This document shows positions 35,592 to 45,431 of a stretch of DNA of 64,000 nucleotides, in pieces (position 1 is the first letter of the stretch; the number at the start of each line of letters is the position of its first letter). The stretch comes from Candidatus Doudnabacteria bacterium (GTDB taxonomy: Bacteria > Patescibacteriota > Doudnabacteria > UBA920 > O2-02-FULL-48-8), in assembly GCA_019659055.1 (NCBI GenBank), contig JAIFWV010000002.1, forward strand, positions 26,047-90,046. The letters run 5' to 3'. Under the pieces are notes generated by a model, which did no database searches, had not been told where the DNA came from, and saw only the letters and a program-made list of their open reading frames with translations. The position numbers were made by a program, and so were the translations under genes.

Positions 35592-36434
35592 TTATCCCCG
35601 AAGCTTCTTTAGAATAGCAATATTTTTGGGATCGTCTTGGGGGTCATCCTTGGGTGTTTCGAGGATCCAGTCCATCTTGCCCAAAACTTTGTGGGCGGCC
35701 ATGGCCTTAAATCCCTCTAACCCAATCTTCCCCTGCCCGATATTTTCGTGGCGATCGAGATGTTTGCCGTATTCGGCTTTGGAATCATTGGCGTGCATCA
35801 CCACGAGCCGGTCCAATCCTATAACCTTGTCGAATTTCTTCATCATTGCATCCACACCTTTTTTGGTCCGGAGATCGTAACAAGATTGGAACGCGTGGCA
35901 AGAGTCCATGCAGACGCCAATGTCATATTTTTTCAGTCGCTTGTCGTCCAAAATCCATGCCAGCTCTTCGAAAGTATCACCCACGACGCGTCCAGCGCCT
36001 GCGGAAATCTCAAGCAGGAGCTGAGTGCTGCCTTTGTATCCATCCATAACTTTGGCGATAGCCTTAACCTCGCGTTCAATACCCTCCTCGTCTGTGAGTT
36101 CACCAAAACTTCCGAGGTGGGTCATGAGCGCCTTACATCCGAGCAACGAACCGCGTTCAAGCTCTTCGCGGATCACGGAAATCGAGCCGTAATAAATATT
36201 GCCCTTCACCGAAGCAAAGTTTATAAAATAAGGAGCATGGATATAGAAGGTATCAAACCCGTGTTTGTCCATCTCTTCGCGGAATTTCTTCTGGGTTTCC
36301 GGTGTAATTGGCTGGACCGGTCCGCCATGAGGCGACCGCGAAAAAATCTGGAAGACCTCGGCGCCGACCTTGGCGGCATTGCCCGGTGCATTCCAGATTC
36401 CCTTGGCTATTGAAACATGTGTACCTATTCGCAT
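35592..36434 (-). CDS. nfo: endonuclease IV (AP endonuclease family 2)
   Basis: 280 aa; HAPYFINFAS, (L)MTHLGS, ILETP..D motifs of Nfo. Confidence 0.85.
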   Translation of the reverse strand: MRIGTHVSIAKGIWNAPGNAAKVGAEVFQIFSRSPHGGPVQPITPETQKKFREEMDKHGFDTFYIHAPYFINFASVKGNIYYGSISVIREELERGSLLGCKALMTHLGSFGELTDEEGIEREVKAIAKVMDGYKGSTQLLLEISAGAGRVVGDTFEELAWILDDKRLKKYDIGVCMDSCHAFQSCYDLRTKKGVDAMMKKFDKVIGLDRLVVMHANDSKAEYGKHLDRHENIGQGKIGLEGFKAMAAHKVLGKMDWILETPKDDPQDDPKNIAILKKLRG

Positions 36435-36462
36435 ATACTTAGTCTATCAAATTGGAGGACAA

Positions 36463-36729
36463 ATGAGTATCAAGTACCGATACCCGATCTATTTCTGGTC
36501 AGTCATCCTCGGAGCCGTGATGTTCTTTGTATGCCTGGCATACCCGAGGAGATTCGTTGTAACCCTCATGGTTATCGATTGGATAGTCATCGTGCTTGCT
36601 GCAATTTTCGAGCGGGACCATACTCCTCAGTTCGTGAAGGGTCACCCGGAAATCTTTCAACACGATGCGGCGTACTACATGGCCAATCCGCCAAAATTTC
36701 CCAAACTCGAAAAACCAGATGCAAAGTAG
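36463..36729 (+). CDS. small membrane protein (88 aa)
   Basis: SD GGAGG; two TM helices; terminator AACCGCGGCTGT-GTAAA-CAGCTCGCGGTT at 36738-36768. Confidence 0.5.
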   Translation: MSIKYRYPIYFWSVILGAVMFFVCLAYPRRFVVTLMVIDWIVIVLAAIFERDHTPQFVKGHPEIFQHDAAYYMANPPKFPKLEKPDAK

Positions 36730-36768
36730 TTCAAAAACCGCGGCTGTGTAAACAGCTCGCGGTTTTTT

Positions 36769-37314
36769 CTATATTTCAAATTCGATTAGTTTGGCGTTGG
36801 TGGTGGGAATATAGCCTTCCTTGTTTTGGGGCTTGAGCGCATGCATAACTTTCATAGTGCCGCCGTGGGTAACCACCAGAAGCTTTTTGTCCTTGTAATT
36901 TTTCTCAACGTCGTCAAAAAATTTGTTTACTCGCTGGCGGACCTGTTCTATACTCTCGCCACCGTAGGGTGAAAAATCAAAATCCAAATTTTTCTCAAAA
37001 GTGCTCAAGGACAAATTATACTTGGCCACAGTATCCTTCCAAAGCATGCCCGATAATTCGCCTCCATCGCGCTCGATGAGCTCCCTTTTTATTTCTACCG
37101 GGATGTTGAGCTTTTTGGAAATGATTTGTGCAGTCTCAAAAGCGCGTTTGAGCGGCGAACATAAAATCAGGTTGAAATCGGGCGACAAATGCAACGCCAA
37201 TTTCTCTACCTGCTGGACTCCGGTCTCATTTAAACTCTCATCGATTTTTTGACCCATATAGCGGTGCTCGATATTTGAGTCTGTCTCACCATGTCTGACT
37301 ATGGTTATTTTCAT
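36769..37314 (-). CDS. histidine phosphatase family protein (phosphoglycerate-mutase-like)
   Basis: N-terminal IVRHGETD..N catalytic motif, later THGG. Confidence 0.75.
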   Translation of the reverse strand: MKITIVRHGETDSNIEHRYMGQKIDESLNETGVQQVEKLALHLSPDFNLILCSPLKRAFETAQIISKKLNIPVEIKRELIERDGGELSGMLWKDTVAKYNLSLSTFEKNLDFDFSPYGGESIEQVRQRVNKFFDDVEKNYKDKKLLVVTHGGTMKVMHALKPQNKEGYIPTTNAKLIEFEI

Positions 37315-38585
37315 ATCTTCAGTTTCTTTTCGAAAACTTTTTTATCTGTGAATGGTCCGACGAGCGCCAGGTTCAGGCATTCGGTGCGGATGATTTGGCT
37401 GGCTACGCGGGAGACATCTTCGAGCGTGACTTTTTCGAATTCCTCAAATGTCTGCTTGATCGTCCGCACCCGGCCCATAAACGCTTCCTGCCCCAAGTAC
37501 CATTCGAGTTTGTCGTGCGGGTCTTCCATGGCCAAAGCAATTTTGCCTTTGATGTATTCCTTGGCTTTGGATAATTCGGCTTTGCTGATACCCTGAGTTT
37601 TAACTTTGCGCAATTCTTCCAAAATTATATCCAGTGCCTGATTAACATTCTGGATTTTGAGTCCGGCCGAAACGGCAAAATTGCCGGCATCAAGATAATT
37701 ATTAAATGACGTGCTGACATAATAAGCCAACCCTAGGCGTTCGCGGATACGCAAAAACAGCCGCGAGCTCATACCGCCGCCGAGCACTGCAGACATAAGC
37801 CTCAAGGCTTGATTGTTTTTGTTGCGGTAGGCATAGCCCTGGAAGCCGAGCATCATGTAGGCCTGCTCAGTCTGTTTGGTCTGAATGCTCACCCGCGACG
37901 ATTTCTGATTGATATTTATAGCTGCATACGTTCCGTGTTTTCGATTGGCAAGCTTGCCCCAGTTTTTCTCAACCAAACTCTCGAGTTTGCCTTGGTCAAA
38001 GTGCCCCGCCACAGCGATGATAGTATTGCTCGGGGTATAATATTTTTCGCGATAAGCGAGAATGTCTTTACGCGAAATTCTCTGGATGACTTCCGCGGTA
38101 CCCGGGATATCGCGTCCGAGCGGCTGGTTGGGCCAGAGTGTTTCCTCAAACAAGGCATCCACTGAAAACTGCGGATTGTCCTTGTACATATTTATCTCTT
38201 CGATAATCACGCCCCGCTCGCGGTTGATTTCTTTTTCGGCAAACAGCGGATTCTGGACCATGTCTGTAAGCACGCCAAAAACCAGATCCAAATGCTCATA
38301 CGCGGCCCGGATGTAATATTGCGTATGCTCTTTGCCTGTATTGGCATTGAATTCACCGCCGATAGAGTCTACGACCTCTGACAATTTTTTGGCTGTCGGA
38401 AATTTTTTGGAACCCTTGAAATGCAGGTGTTCCAAAAAATGCGACACGCCCGCCAGACGTTCTTCTTCGTAGCGCGATCCAGCTTTCACAAAAATTGACA
38501 TGGTCACAGACGCCGCGGTATCAATCGGCACCAGAAGCAGAGTCAGACCGTTTGGTAGAACTTTTTTAGTATATAACGATTGCAT
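37311..38585 (-). CDS. M16-family zinc peptidase (insulinase-like)
   Basis: HFLEHLHFKG inverted zinc-binding HxxEH motif, downstream Glu; 424 aa. Confidence 0.82.
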   Translation of the reverse strand: MQSLYTKKVLPNGLTLLLVPIDTAASVTMSIFVKAGSRYEEERLAGVSHFLEHLHFKGSKKFPTAKKLSEVVDSIGGEFNANTGKEHTQYYIRAAYEHLDLVFGVLTDMVQNPLFAEKEINRERGVIIEEINMYKDNPQFSVDALFEETLWPNQPLGRDIPGTAEVIQRISRKDILAYREKYYTPSNTIIAVAGHFDQGKLESLVEKNWGKLANRKHGTYAAININQKSSRVSIQTKQTEQAYMMLGFQGYAYRNKNNQALRLMSAVLGGGMSSRLFLRIRERLGLAYYVSTSFNNYLDAGNFAVSAGLKIQNVNQALDIILEELRKVKTQGISKAELSKAKEYIKGKIALAMEDPHDKLEWYLGQEAFMGRVRTIKQTFEEFEKVTLEDVSRVASQIIRTECLNLALVGPFTDKKVFEKKLKI

Positions 38586-38588
38586 ACT

Positions 38589-39923
38589 TTAGCAGTTCAG
38601 ATTTTCTTTAAAATAATTCACTAATTCAGAAATTTTAACCCGATCTTGTTTCATAGTGTCGCGGTCGCGCACGGTCACGGATTTATCATTGGCGGTCTCA
38701 AAATCGACAGTGATGCAATACGGCGTACCGATTTCGTCCTGGCGCCGGTAGCGCTTGCCGATTGAACCACTTGTATGATACTCAAGCATCCAGTGTTTGG
38801 AAAGCATTGACCGAATTTCTATTGCCGGCCCTGTGAGTTCTTCCTTTTTGGACAAAGGCAGAATCGCGATTTTGATTGGAGCTATTTCTTTGGGCAGACG
38901 CAATGTAACCTCGGTCTCGTGAACCGCATCGTCCTTGCCGGAACGCGCTTCGGTCTCGGTATAGCAAGAAAGCAATACTGCCAAAACTGTCCGATCAACT
39001 CCCCAGGTCGGTTCGATAACATGGGGTAAATATTCTTCGTTCGTTATTGGATCCCGGTACTTCATATTCTTGCCTGACATCTTTTCATGATTACTCAGAT
39101 CAAAGTCAGTCCGATAAGCAAGACCGTACAATTCTTTCTGTCCAAATGGATAATCAAATTCGATATCGATTGTTCTTTTTGAATAAAAGGCTCTATCCTC
39201 CTCACTGATTTCAACCTCATGGATTTTCTTTCTATCGATTCCCACTCGATCCAACCAAATGCGCATTTGATCAAGCCATATATCAAAATGCTTTTCCCAG
39301 CCGTCGGACGGATTTATGAAGTACTCAATCTCCATCTGTTCGAATTCTCGCAGGCGGAAAATAAAATTTCCCGGAGTAATTTCGTTGCGGAAAGCCTTCC
39401 CTATCTGGGCAACACCAAATGGCACTCTCATGCTAGAGCTTTCGACAATTTGCTTAAAATCAACGAACATTGCCTGCGCCGTTTCTGGACGTAGATATGC
39501 GATATTTGCTTTTTCTTCTGCTGGACCCAAAAAAGTTTTAAGCATTAAATTAAATTGCTTGGCTTCGGTGAATACGGTACCACCACAAACAGGACATTCA
39601 TCTGGTTTTTGATCTTCCCTGTATCTTGTGTGGCATTTCTTGCACTCAACCAATGGGTCGTTGAAAGTTGTGAGATGCGTAGAAGCTTCCCAAACTTTGG
39701 GATTCATAAGCAAAGCGGCATCGAGGCCCACCATATCAAATCGCTCCTGTACAAACATTTTCCACCAGAGTTTCTTGATATTATTCTTGAGCTCGACTCC
39801 AAGCGGGCCGTAGTCCCAAGAGTTGGCGAGGCCGCCATAGATTTCGGAGCCCGGAAAAATAAAACCCCGCCTTTTGCTGAGCGAGATAACTTTATCCATG
39901 AGATCAAATTTTGATTCTTGCAT
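38589..39923 (-). CDS. glyQS: glycyl-tRNA synthetase (alpha2 dimeric type)
   Basis: class II motifs, insertion with CKKCHTRYRED..C zinc knuckle, anticodon-binding C-terminal domain; start at MQESKFDL preferred. Confidence 0.88.
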   Translation of the reverse strand: MQESKFDLMDKVISLSKRRGFIFPGSEIYGGLANSWDYGPLGVELKNNIKKLWWKMFVQERFDMVGLDAALLMNPKVWEASTHLTTFNDPLVECKKCHTRYREDQKPDECPVCGGTVFTEAKQFNLMLKTFLGPAEEKANIAYLRPETAQAMFVDFKQIVESSSMRVPFGVAQIGKAFRNEITPGNFIFRLREFEQMEIEYFINPSDGWEKHFDIWLDQMRIWLDRVGIDRKKIHEVEISEEDRAFYSKRTIDIEFDYPFGQKELYGLAYRTDFDLSNHEKMSGKNMKYRDPITNEEYLPHVIEPTWGVDRTVLAVLLSCYTETEARSGKDDAVHETEVTLRLPKEIAPIKIAILPLSKKEELTGPAIEIRSMLSKHWMLEYHTSGSIGKRYRRQDEIGTPYCITVDFETANDKSVTVRDRDTMKQDRVKISELVNYFKENLNC

Positions 39924-40056
39924 GTATTTTAATTGATGGCGCTGGATGCCTGGGATTAGCCCCACGCTGGCTGCGTCACCCCTTTCTTTAATCTAAGATT
40001 ATCACAAACCGGGAAATAAAAAAAGCCGCTCCCATCCATCCTCAAGATGGGAGCGG

Positions 40057-40410
40057 CTATAGATCTGCGATGAGCATTTTGTACCCATCGATTACGCTAT
40101 CGCATAACTCAAGCATCGCGATGATTCCCGAACTAGTCAGCTTGCCCATGACCTGCGTCTGCTTGGGTGAGACGATCCAGCAAGCTCTGCCCGCAGCCTT
40201 CTGGATATCCCTCTGAGAGAAAGCAATCTGACCAAGACCCTTGGTATCCATGTGGGTCACGCCCGTGAGGTCGATGAGAATCAGCCGTTTGTCTTCAGCG
40301 GGAAGACTTTGGACAACCTGTTCGAGCTCATCGCCCGTCGAGCTATCCAAACGACCGCTGACCGTTAGACTATAGACGCCGTTTAGCCGTTCTGAACCTA
40401 TTTTCAGCAT
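40057..40410 (-). CDS. STAS-domain protein (anti-sigma-factor antagonist-like)
   Basis: 117 aa; SpoIIAA-like pattern with conserved Ser/Thr region (LTGVTHMDTKGLG). Confidence 0.6.
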   Translation of the reverse strand: MLKIGSERLNGVYSLTVSGRLDSSTGDELEQVVQSLPAEDKRLILIDLTGVTHMDTKGLGQIAFSQRDIQKAAGRACWIVSPKQTQVMGKLTSSGIIAMLELCDSVIDGYKMLIADL

Positions 40411-40453
40411 GGCGTCCTCCTTATCTGCATACTATACCTAAAAACCAGGCGTT

Positions 40454-41614
40454 TCAAGCCTGGTTTTTGGTCTGATCTCTGTATGTTTTCTGGAGGGTGC
40501 CAAACGATCCGGACTCAATCGATTGCCGAACTCGGACCATGAGGTTTAGATAAAAACGCAGATTATGCATTGTCGCCAGGCGTATCCCGAGCGGCTCTTT
40601 GGATGCAAACAAATGACGCAGGTAGGCGCGGGTAAAATTGGCACAGCAGTAGCAGTTGCAGGTGTTATCAAGCGGCGTGAAGTCTTCTTTGAATTTTTCG
40701 TTATCAATATTTACAGTGACATAGCCTTTGCCTTCACCCGGCTTAAGATTTATATATAGTTTCCCATGACGCGCCTCACGGGTAGGGATGACACAGTCAA
40801 AGCTATCACAGCCAAGTGCTACGGCACCGACAATCTGTGCCGGTGTACCCACCCCTAACAAATGTTTGGGCGCGTCTTCCGGCAAATAAGACTGAGCATA
40901 AGATACACCTTCATACATCTTGTCTTCCGGCTCGCCCACGGCTACGCCGCCAATGGCAAACCCCGGAAAGCCCAAGCTTGAGATTTCTTCTGCCGACTGC
41001 TGACGCAATTTTTTGTAAGTTGATCCTTGGATGATTCCCCAAAGCATCTGCCCGGGGTTCACGGAAGAACCCGCGAGCTTGTTGTGTTCGAGTGCGGCGC
41101 GTTTGGCCCACATGGTCGTACGATCCACTGTATCTTTGACTTGCTGTGCCGTCGCCGGGAATCCCGGAAACTCATCCAGTACCAAAGCAATGTCTGATCC
41201 CAAGTTGAGCTGGATTTGGACTGAGGATTCGGGCGTGAGCGTGTGGGTACTGCCGTCGATATCCGATTGGAACGTAACGCCAAGGTCTGAGACTTTCACC
41301 ATCTTGGCCAAAGAAAAAACCTGGAAGCCGCCCGAATCCGTGAAGATGCTTCCCTTCCAATTCATAAACTTGTGCAAGCCGCCGGCTTTGGCGATGAGAG
41401 CATCGCTCGGCCTCTGCCAAAGATGGTAAGTATTGGCCAGAATCATCTCGGCGCCCCAGAACCGGAGCTCTTCGGCCGCTATGGATTTGATAGCGCCCTT
41501 GGTCCCAATAGGCAAAAACACCGGCGTATGGACATCTCCATGTGCGGTTTTTATAATCCCGGTCCGAGCCTTGGACTCCGGATCCTTTTTTATAATTTGA
41601 AAAATATCGGACAT
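40454..41614 (-). CDS. tgt: queuine tRNA-ribosyltransferase
   Basis: FLPIGTKG, NTYHLWQRP, DCVIPTR, zinc site CxCxxC...H (CNCYCC..H). Confidence 0.9.
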   Translation of the reverse strand: MSDIFQIIKKDPESKARTGIIKTAHGDVHTPVFLPIGTKGAIKSIAAEELRFWGAEMILANTYHLWQRPSDALIAKAGGLHKFMNWKGSIFTDSGGFQVFSLAKMVKVSDLGVTFQSDIDGSTHTLTPESSVQIQLNLGSDIALVLDEFPGFPATAQQVKDTVDRTTMWAKRAALEHNKLAGSSVNPGQMLWGIIQGSTYKKLRQQSAEEISSLGFPGFAIGGVAVGEPEDKMYEGVSYAQSYLPEDAPKHLLGVGTPAQIVGAVALGCDSFDCVIPTREARHGKLYINLKPGEGKGYVTVNIDNEKFKEDFTPLDNTCNCYCCANFTRAYLRHLFASKEPLGIRLATMHNLRFYLNLMVRVRQSIESGSFGTLQKTYRDQTKNQA

Positions 41615-41744
41615 AATTTGTTCTGTGACTTGTTTGGCATCAAAAAAGTAGCTAAAAAGAAATAGATCCTGAAACAAGTTCAGGATGACTTACTGATGAG
41701 TATAGCTTAGCAAATTTGCAGATCTTATGCTAATATGACGCAGT

Positions 41745-44087
41745 ATGAAAAATGAAAACTCTCCTACAATCCTAGCGGTTTTTGGCGCAACCGGCGATCT
41801 CGTATCGCGCAAACTTTTGCCGGCCATCTATCATCTTTACCGAAACAAACAGCTCCCGAACAAATTTAAAGTCATAGGTGTTGCCCGCCGTCCGTTTTCC
41901 GACGACGAATTTCGCAAGCTTATGAAAAAAGCGCTGGTGGCCAAAATCCGCCGGCCCGAGAAACTCGACGAATTTCTCAAACTCTTCAGCTATCATCAGG
42001 GCCAGTTTGATCAAGACGCAACATACACCTCGCTGAAAAAAGTATTAAATGCTCAGGATACCAAATGGAAAACTCGGGCCAATAAACTTTTTTACCTGGC
42101 CACACCCCCTAATTTCTATGATAATCTCCTACACAAACTTGCCGGCACGGGACTAGCCAAGCAAACCGGAAAAACCTGGGCGCGGATCATTGTCGAGAAA
42201 CCTTTTGGCAAAGACCTAGACCACGCCGAACATCTCGATGTGCTTTTGGGCAAACTATTCGACGAATCGCAAGTCTATCGCATCGACCATTACCTGGCCA
42301 AAGAAGTTTTGCAAAACATCATGGCGTTTCGGTTTGCCAACAATCTTCTGGAAGACGTCTGGAACCGCAAGTACGTGGAAAAGATTGAAATCAAACTCCT
42401 GGAAGAAATCGATGTCGAAGGCCGCGGGGAATTCTATGACGGCGTGGGCGCTCTGCTCGATGTCGGCCAAAACCACCTCCTCCAGGAATTGGCGCTCGTG
42501 ACCATGGATAAACCCGAAAGTTTCCGCACGGTCGATATCCATGCCCGCCGCGCCGAAATCCTGAAAAATCTGCGGCTCATGAATGCTGAGACTGTAAAGA
42601 GTGATACTATGCGCGCACAATACACAGGTTACACGCGGGAACCAGGGGTGGCCCGAAATTCCAACACGGAAACTTATTTCAAGCTTGAGACTTATATCGA
42701 CAACCCTCGCTGGCAAGATGTCCCGATCTACCTGGAAGCGGGAAAAAAATTCCCGGCCAACGAAAAATCAGTCACGGTGACATTCAAGCATCCCGAGCCA
42801 TGCTTGTGCCCACCCGGTGTACATTACCAAAACCGAGTTATCTTCCGCATCCAGCCCACCCCGGGAATCGAAATCGAATTTTGGAGCAAGAAACCCAACT
42901 CCTCGGGCATGGAACTCGAGAAACGCCTTTTGCACTTCAACTACGAATCCGACCCAAGCACGAGATATTTGGCCGAATACGCCAAGCTCATCTCCGACAG
43001 TCTCGCCGGAGATCAGACTTTGTTTGTCTCAAGCCGCGAAGCGATTTCATCGTGGAGATTTATAGACCCGATCGTTAAGGCGTGGAAAGCCAAACTCACT
43101 CCGTTACTCACGTATAAAAAAGATTTTAAAATCCTGTCCGAATTTGATCGACGAATCCGGCCTCAGCGGCCATTTACGAAATTGGCCATGGTCGGCTTGG
43201 GTAAGATGGGCAAGAGCCTCTCGCTGCAACTTTTGGAAAAAGGATTTTCGCTTGTAGCGGCCAATACTCATTCCAAAGACGCGGTGAGCGAACTCTCGCG
43301 CCACTCAAACTTCCACGCTTACCCAACCGACCAGCAAATGCTGGCCAGTCTCCCTAAGCCCCGGCTGGTCTGGCTCATGGTCCCGCACGCGCAAGTCGAT
43401 GAAGTTTTATTTGGCAAAGACGGGTTGGCCAAAATCCTCGACCGCGGCGATATCGTCATCGACTCGGGGAATTCATATTTCAAAGACACTATACGCCGGG
43501 GACGCCTGCTTACGCGCCGCGGCATCGAATTTATGGACCTCGGCTTTTCTGGTGGACCGGGAGGCGCGCGCCGCGGCGGCTGTCTCATGATCGGCGGCAA
43601 AAAATCTCTCTACCAAAAACTCGAGCATGTCTTTGCGAGTATGGCGGCTGACGGCGCCTATAATTATTTCGGCAAGATCGGCGCCGGCCATTTCGTGAAG
43701 ATGGTCCACAACGGCATCGAATACGGCATGATGCAATCGCTGGCGGAAGGCTTTGGCATCCTCAAAGCGTCTCCGTTTCGCCTCAATCTCATCGACGTTG
43801 CGGATATCTATAACCACGGCAGTGTTATAGAGTCGCGGCTCGTGGGCTGGCTTAAGGATGGATTTGAGATGCGCGGCCAAAACCTTAAGGGCATTACCGG
43901 GGTGGTGGGCTACACCGGCGAAGGCGAATGGACTGCCAAGACTGCCAAACAGCTCCGCGTGCCGGCCAAAATTATCGAAGAATCATTTCTCTTCCGGGTG
44001 AAATCAAAAAAGACACAAAGTTTCGTGAGTAAACTTGTGTCATCTATGCGCGAACAATTCGGAGGCCACAGTGTGCGCTCGGTTTGA
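41745..44087 (+). CDS. zwf: bifunctional fusion: glucose-6-phosphate dehydrogenase (N-terminal ~480 aa) + 6-phosphogluconate dehydrogenase, short NAD(P)-binding form (C-terminal ~290 aa)
   Basis: single 780-aa ORF; G6PD motifs VFGATGDL, RIDHYLAKE, EKPFG; after WRFIDPIVKAW a ~30-aa linker then 6PGDH motifs MVGLGKMG, GxAGxGHFVKMVHNGIEYGMMQ. Confidence 0.8.
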   Translation: MKNENSPTILAVFGATGDLVSRKLLPAIYHLYRNKQLPNKFKVIGVARRPFSDDEFRKLMKKALVAKIRRPEKLDEFLKLFSYHQGQFDQDATYTSLKKVLNAQDTKWKTRANKLFYLATPPNFYDNLLHKLAGTGLAKQTGKTWARIIVEKPFGKDLDHAEHLDVLLGKLFDESQVYRIDHYLAKEVLQNIMAFRFANNLLEDVWNRKYVEKIEIKLLEEIDVEGRGEFYDGVGALLDVGQNHLLQELALVTMDKPESFRTVDIHARRAEILKNLRLMNAETVKSDTMRAQYTGYTREPGVARNSNTETYFKLETYIDNPRWQDVPIYLEAGKKFPANEKSVTVTFKHPEPCLCPPGVHYQNRVIFRIQPTPGIEIEFWSKKPNSSGMELEKRLLHFNYESDPSTRYLAEYAKLISDSLAGDQTLFVSSREAISSWRFIDPIVKAWKAKLTPLLTYKKDFKILSEFDRRIRPQRPFTKLAMVGLGKMGKSLSLQLLEKGFSLVAANTHSKDAVSELSRHSNFHAYPTDQQMLASLPKPRLVWLMVPHAQVDEVLFGKDGLAKILDRGDIVIDSGNSYFKDTIRRGRLLTRRGIEFMDLGFSGGPGGARRGGCLMIGGKKSLYQKLEHVFASMAADGAYNYFGKIGAGHFVKMVHNGIEYGMMQSLAEGFGILKASPFRLNLIDVADIYNHGSVIESRLVGWLKDGFEMRGQNLKGITGVVGYTGEGEWTAKTAKQLRVPAKIIEESFLFRVKSKKTQSFVSKLVSSMREQFGGHSVRSV

Positions 44088-44104
44088 TTGCAAAATTAAA
44101 TGAG

Positions 44105-44371
44105 TTATTTCTGCAGCTGTTGGGCTTTTGTTTGAGCCGAGCGATAATTTACCCCCGTCCCGGAATCTAAATTTGCCTCGCCTTGAAGCGTGGCGTTATA
44201 TTCGTTTTGTTGTTCTGCGGCGTCTTTGGCGGCCTGGATCTGATCCTGGCCCTGCTCAATTTGGTTTTGCTTATTGCCGTCCCGTCCGACATAAAACGCG
44301 CCATAAACAATTACAGCAATAATAGCTAGAGTAATAATGAACCCTATAATCCCAAATCCGTTTTTATTCAT
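44105..44371 (-). CDS. small membrane protein (88 aa)
   Basis: N-terminal TM helix, Gln-rich tail. Confidence 0.45.
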   Translation of the reverse strand: MNKNGFGIIGFIITLAIIAVIVYGAFYVGRDGNKQNQIEQGQDQIQAAKDAAEQQNEYNATLQGEANLDSGTGVNYRSAQTKAQQLQK

Positions 44372-44472
44372 GCATACATTTTATACTCTTCAAAAATTTC
44401 TGGCAAAAAAAGAAGGCCCAGTCCGACGTTAGTCAGAACCGAGCCCTTGTCCCGTTCACCAGATTGGTTGGG

Positions 44473-45183
44473 CTACAGCCTTTCGAGAGCTTCCTCGAAG
44501 CGATCGCGAGGCGCATCGTAATTTTTTAATTTTCTGCGCTTGCCCATAAAGAAAGCAATGCAGACAAACGATACGGCGAGCGCAAAATCGAATGCCGTGT
44601 CGCCGTTGCCGAACACGGCTCGAGCAAGACCCCAAACGACCTTCCCGCCATCCAAGACAAAAATCGGAAGGATGTTCAATTTGCCGAGCCGGTAATTCAT
44701 GTACGCCACGAATTGAATCGTGTTCTCGGTCACCGATTCGTCGAGCAGTGACACCACACCCATCGCAATGAGTGAAATGGCAAAGTTCGTAAACGGTCCA
44801 GCCAGGGACACGGCGATCATCGCTAGTGGTCTCCCCTGAACGTAGGCGTCAGGCAAACTCACGTAAGCACCCCACCACGAGATGCCGGCACCAGTGATCT
44901 GGTAGTTGAAGTAGTACGCTGTGATCGCGTGTCCGATTTCGTGGGCAGCGATGGAAATCACCATGAGTACCGCGCCAACCAGCGAACCCGTCACCAGCGC
45001 CGAAGTGCTGCAGTTGAGTTTTCGGCGCAGGGAATAAAGCTGGCGGTGGATATACGAATGGGCGCTCATCGTAAGCAGCACTGCCATCGCCACGGTCCAG
45101 AAGCTGATGTACACCGGGATTCCAAACACCTGCGTCCCGTACCCAAACGATGCGAGAACTTCTCCCATCTGCATGAGATTCAT
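44473..45183 (-). CDS. second peptidase-M50/site-2-protease-like membrane metalloprotease (G+C-rich, SD-bearing)
   Basis: AAHEIGHAITA HExxH in TM helix, NILPIFVLDGGKV motif; SD TAGGAGGAG before ATG. Confidence 0.7.
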   Translation of the reverse strand: MNLMQMGEVLASFGYGTQVFGIPVYISFWTVAMAVLLTMSAHSYIHRQLYSLRRKLNCSTSALVTGSLVGAVLMVISIAAHEIGHAITAYYFNYQITGAGISWWGAYVSLPDAYVQGRPLAMIAVSLAGPFTNFAISLIAMGVVSLLDESVTENTIQFVAYMNYRLGKLNILPIFVLDGGKVVWGLARAVFGNGDTAFDFALAVSFVCIAFFMGKRRKLKNYDAPRDRFEEALERL

Positions 45184-45431
45184 TTACTTCTCCTCCTAAA
45201 CAGCCTCCGAACCTTTCAGAGACTCATTTAAACCAACAATGATTATTATGGGCTTAAAAAGAAATGGGTTAAGCAATTTTTCATGTATTCAGAATAGATT
45301 ACCAATGGTTAATTATACTCCTTTTTCGGGATTTTGTCAATACTTACGCTCCTTGGGCAAAAAAAACAGGACCGCACCTAGTATGGGCGGTCCTTCCTAA
45401 ATATCTTCGGGGCTGTAAAACCCCAGAAGGT

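Noticed and set aside
44105-44371. Type IV pilin-like call for the 88-aa membrane protein
   Set aside because: The hydrophobic N-terminus lacks the G/FTLIE prepilin cleavage motif with Glu+5.
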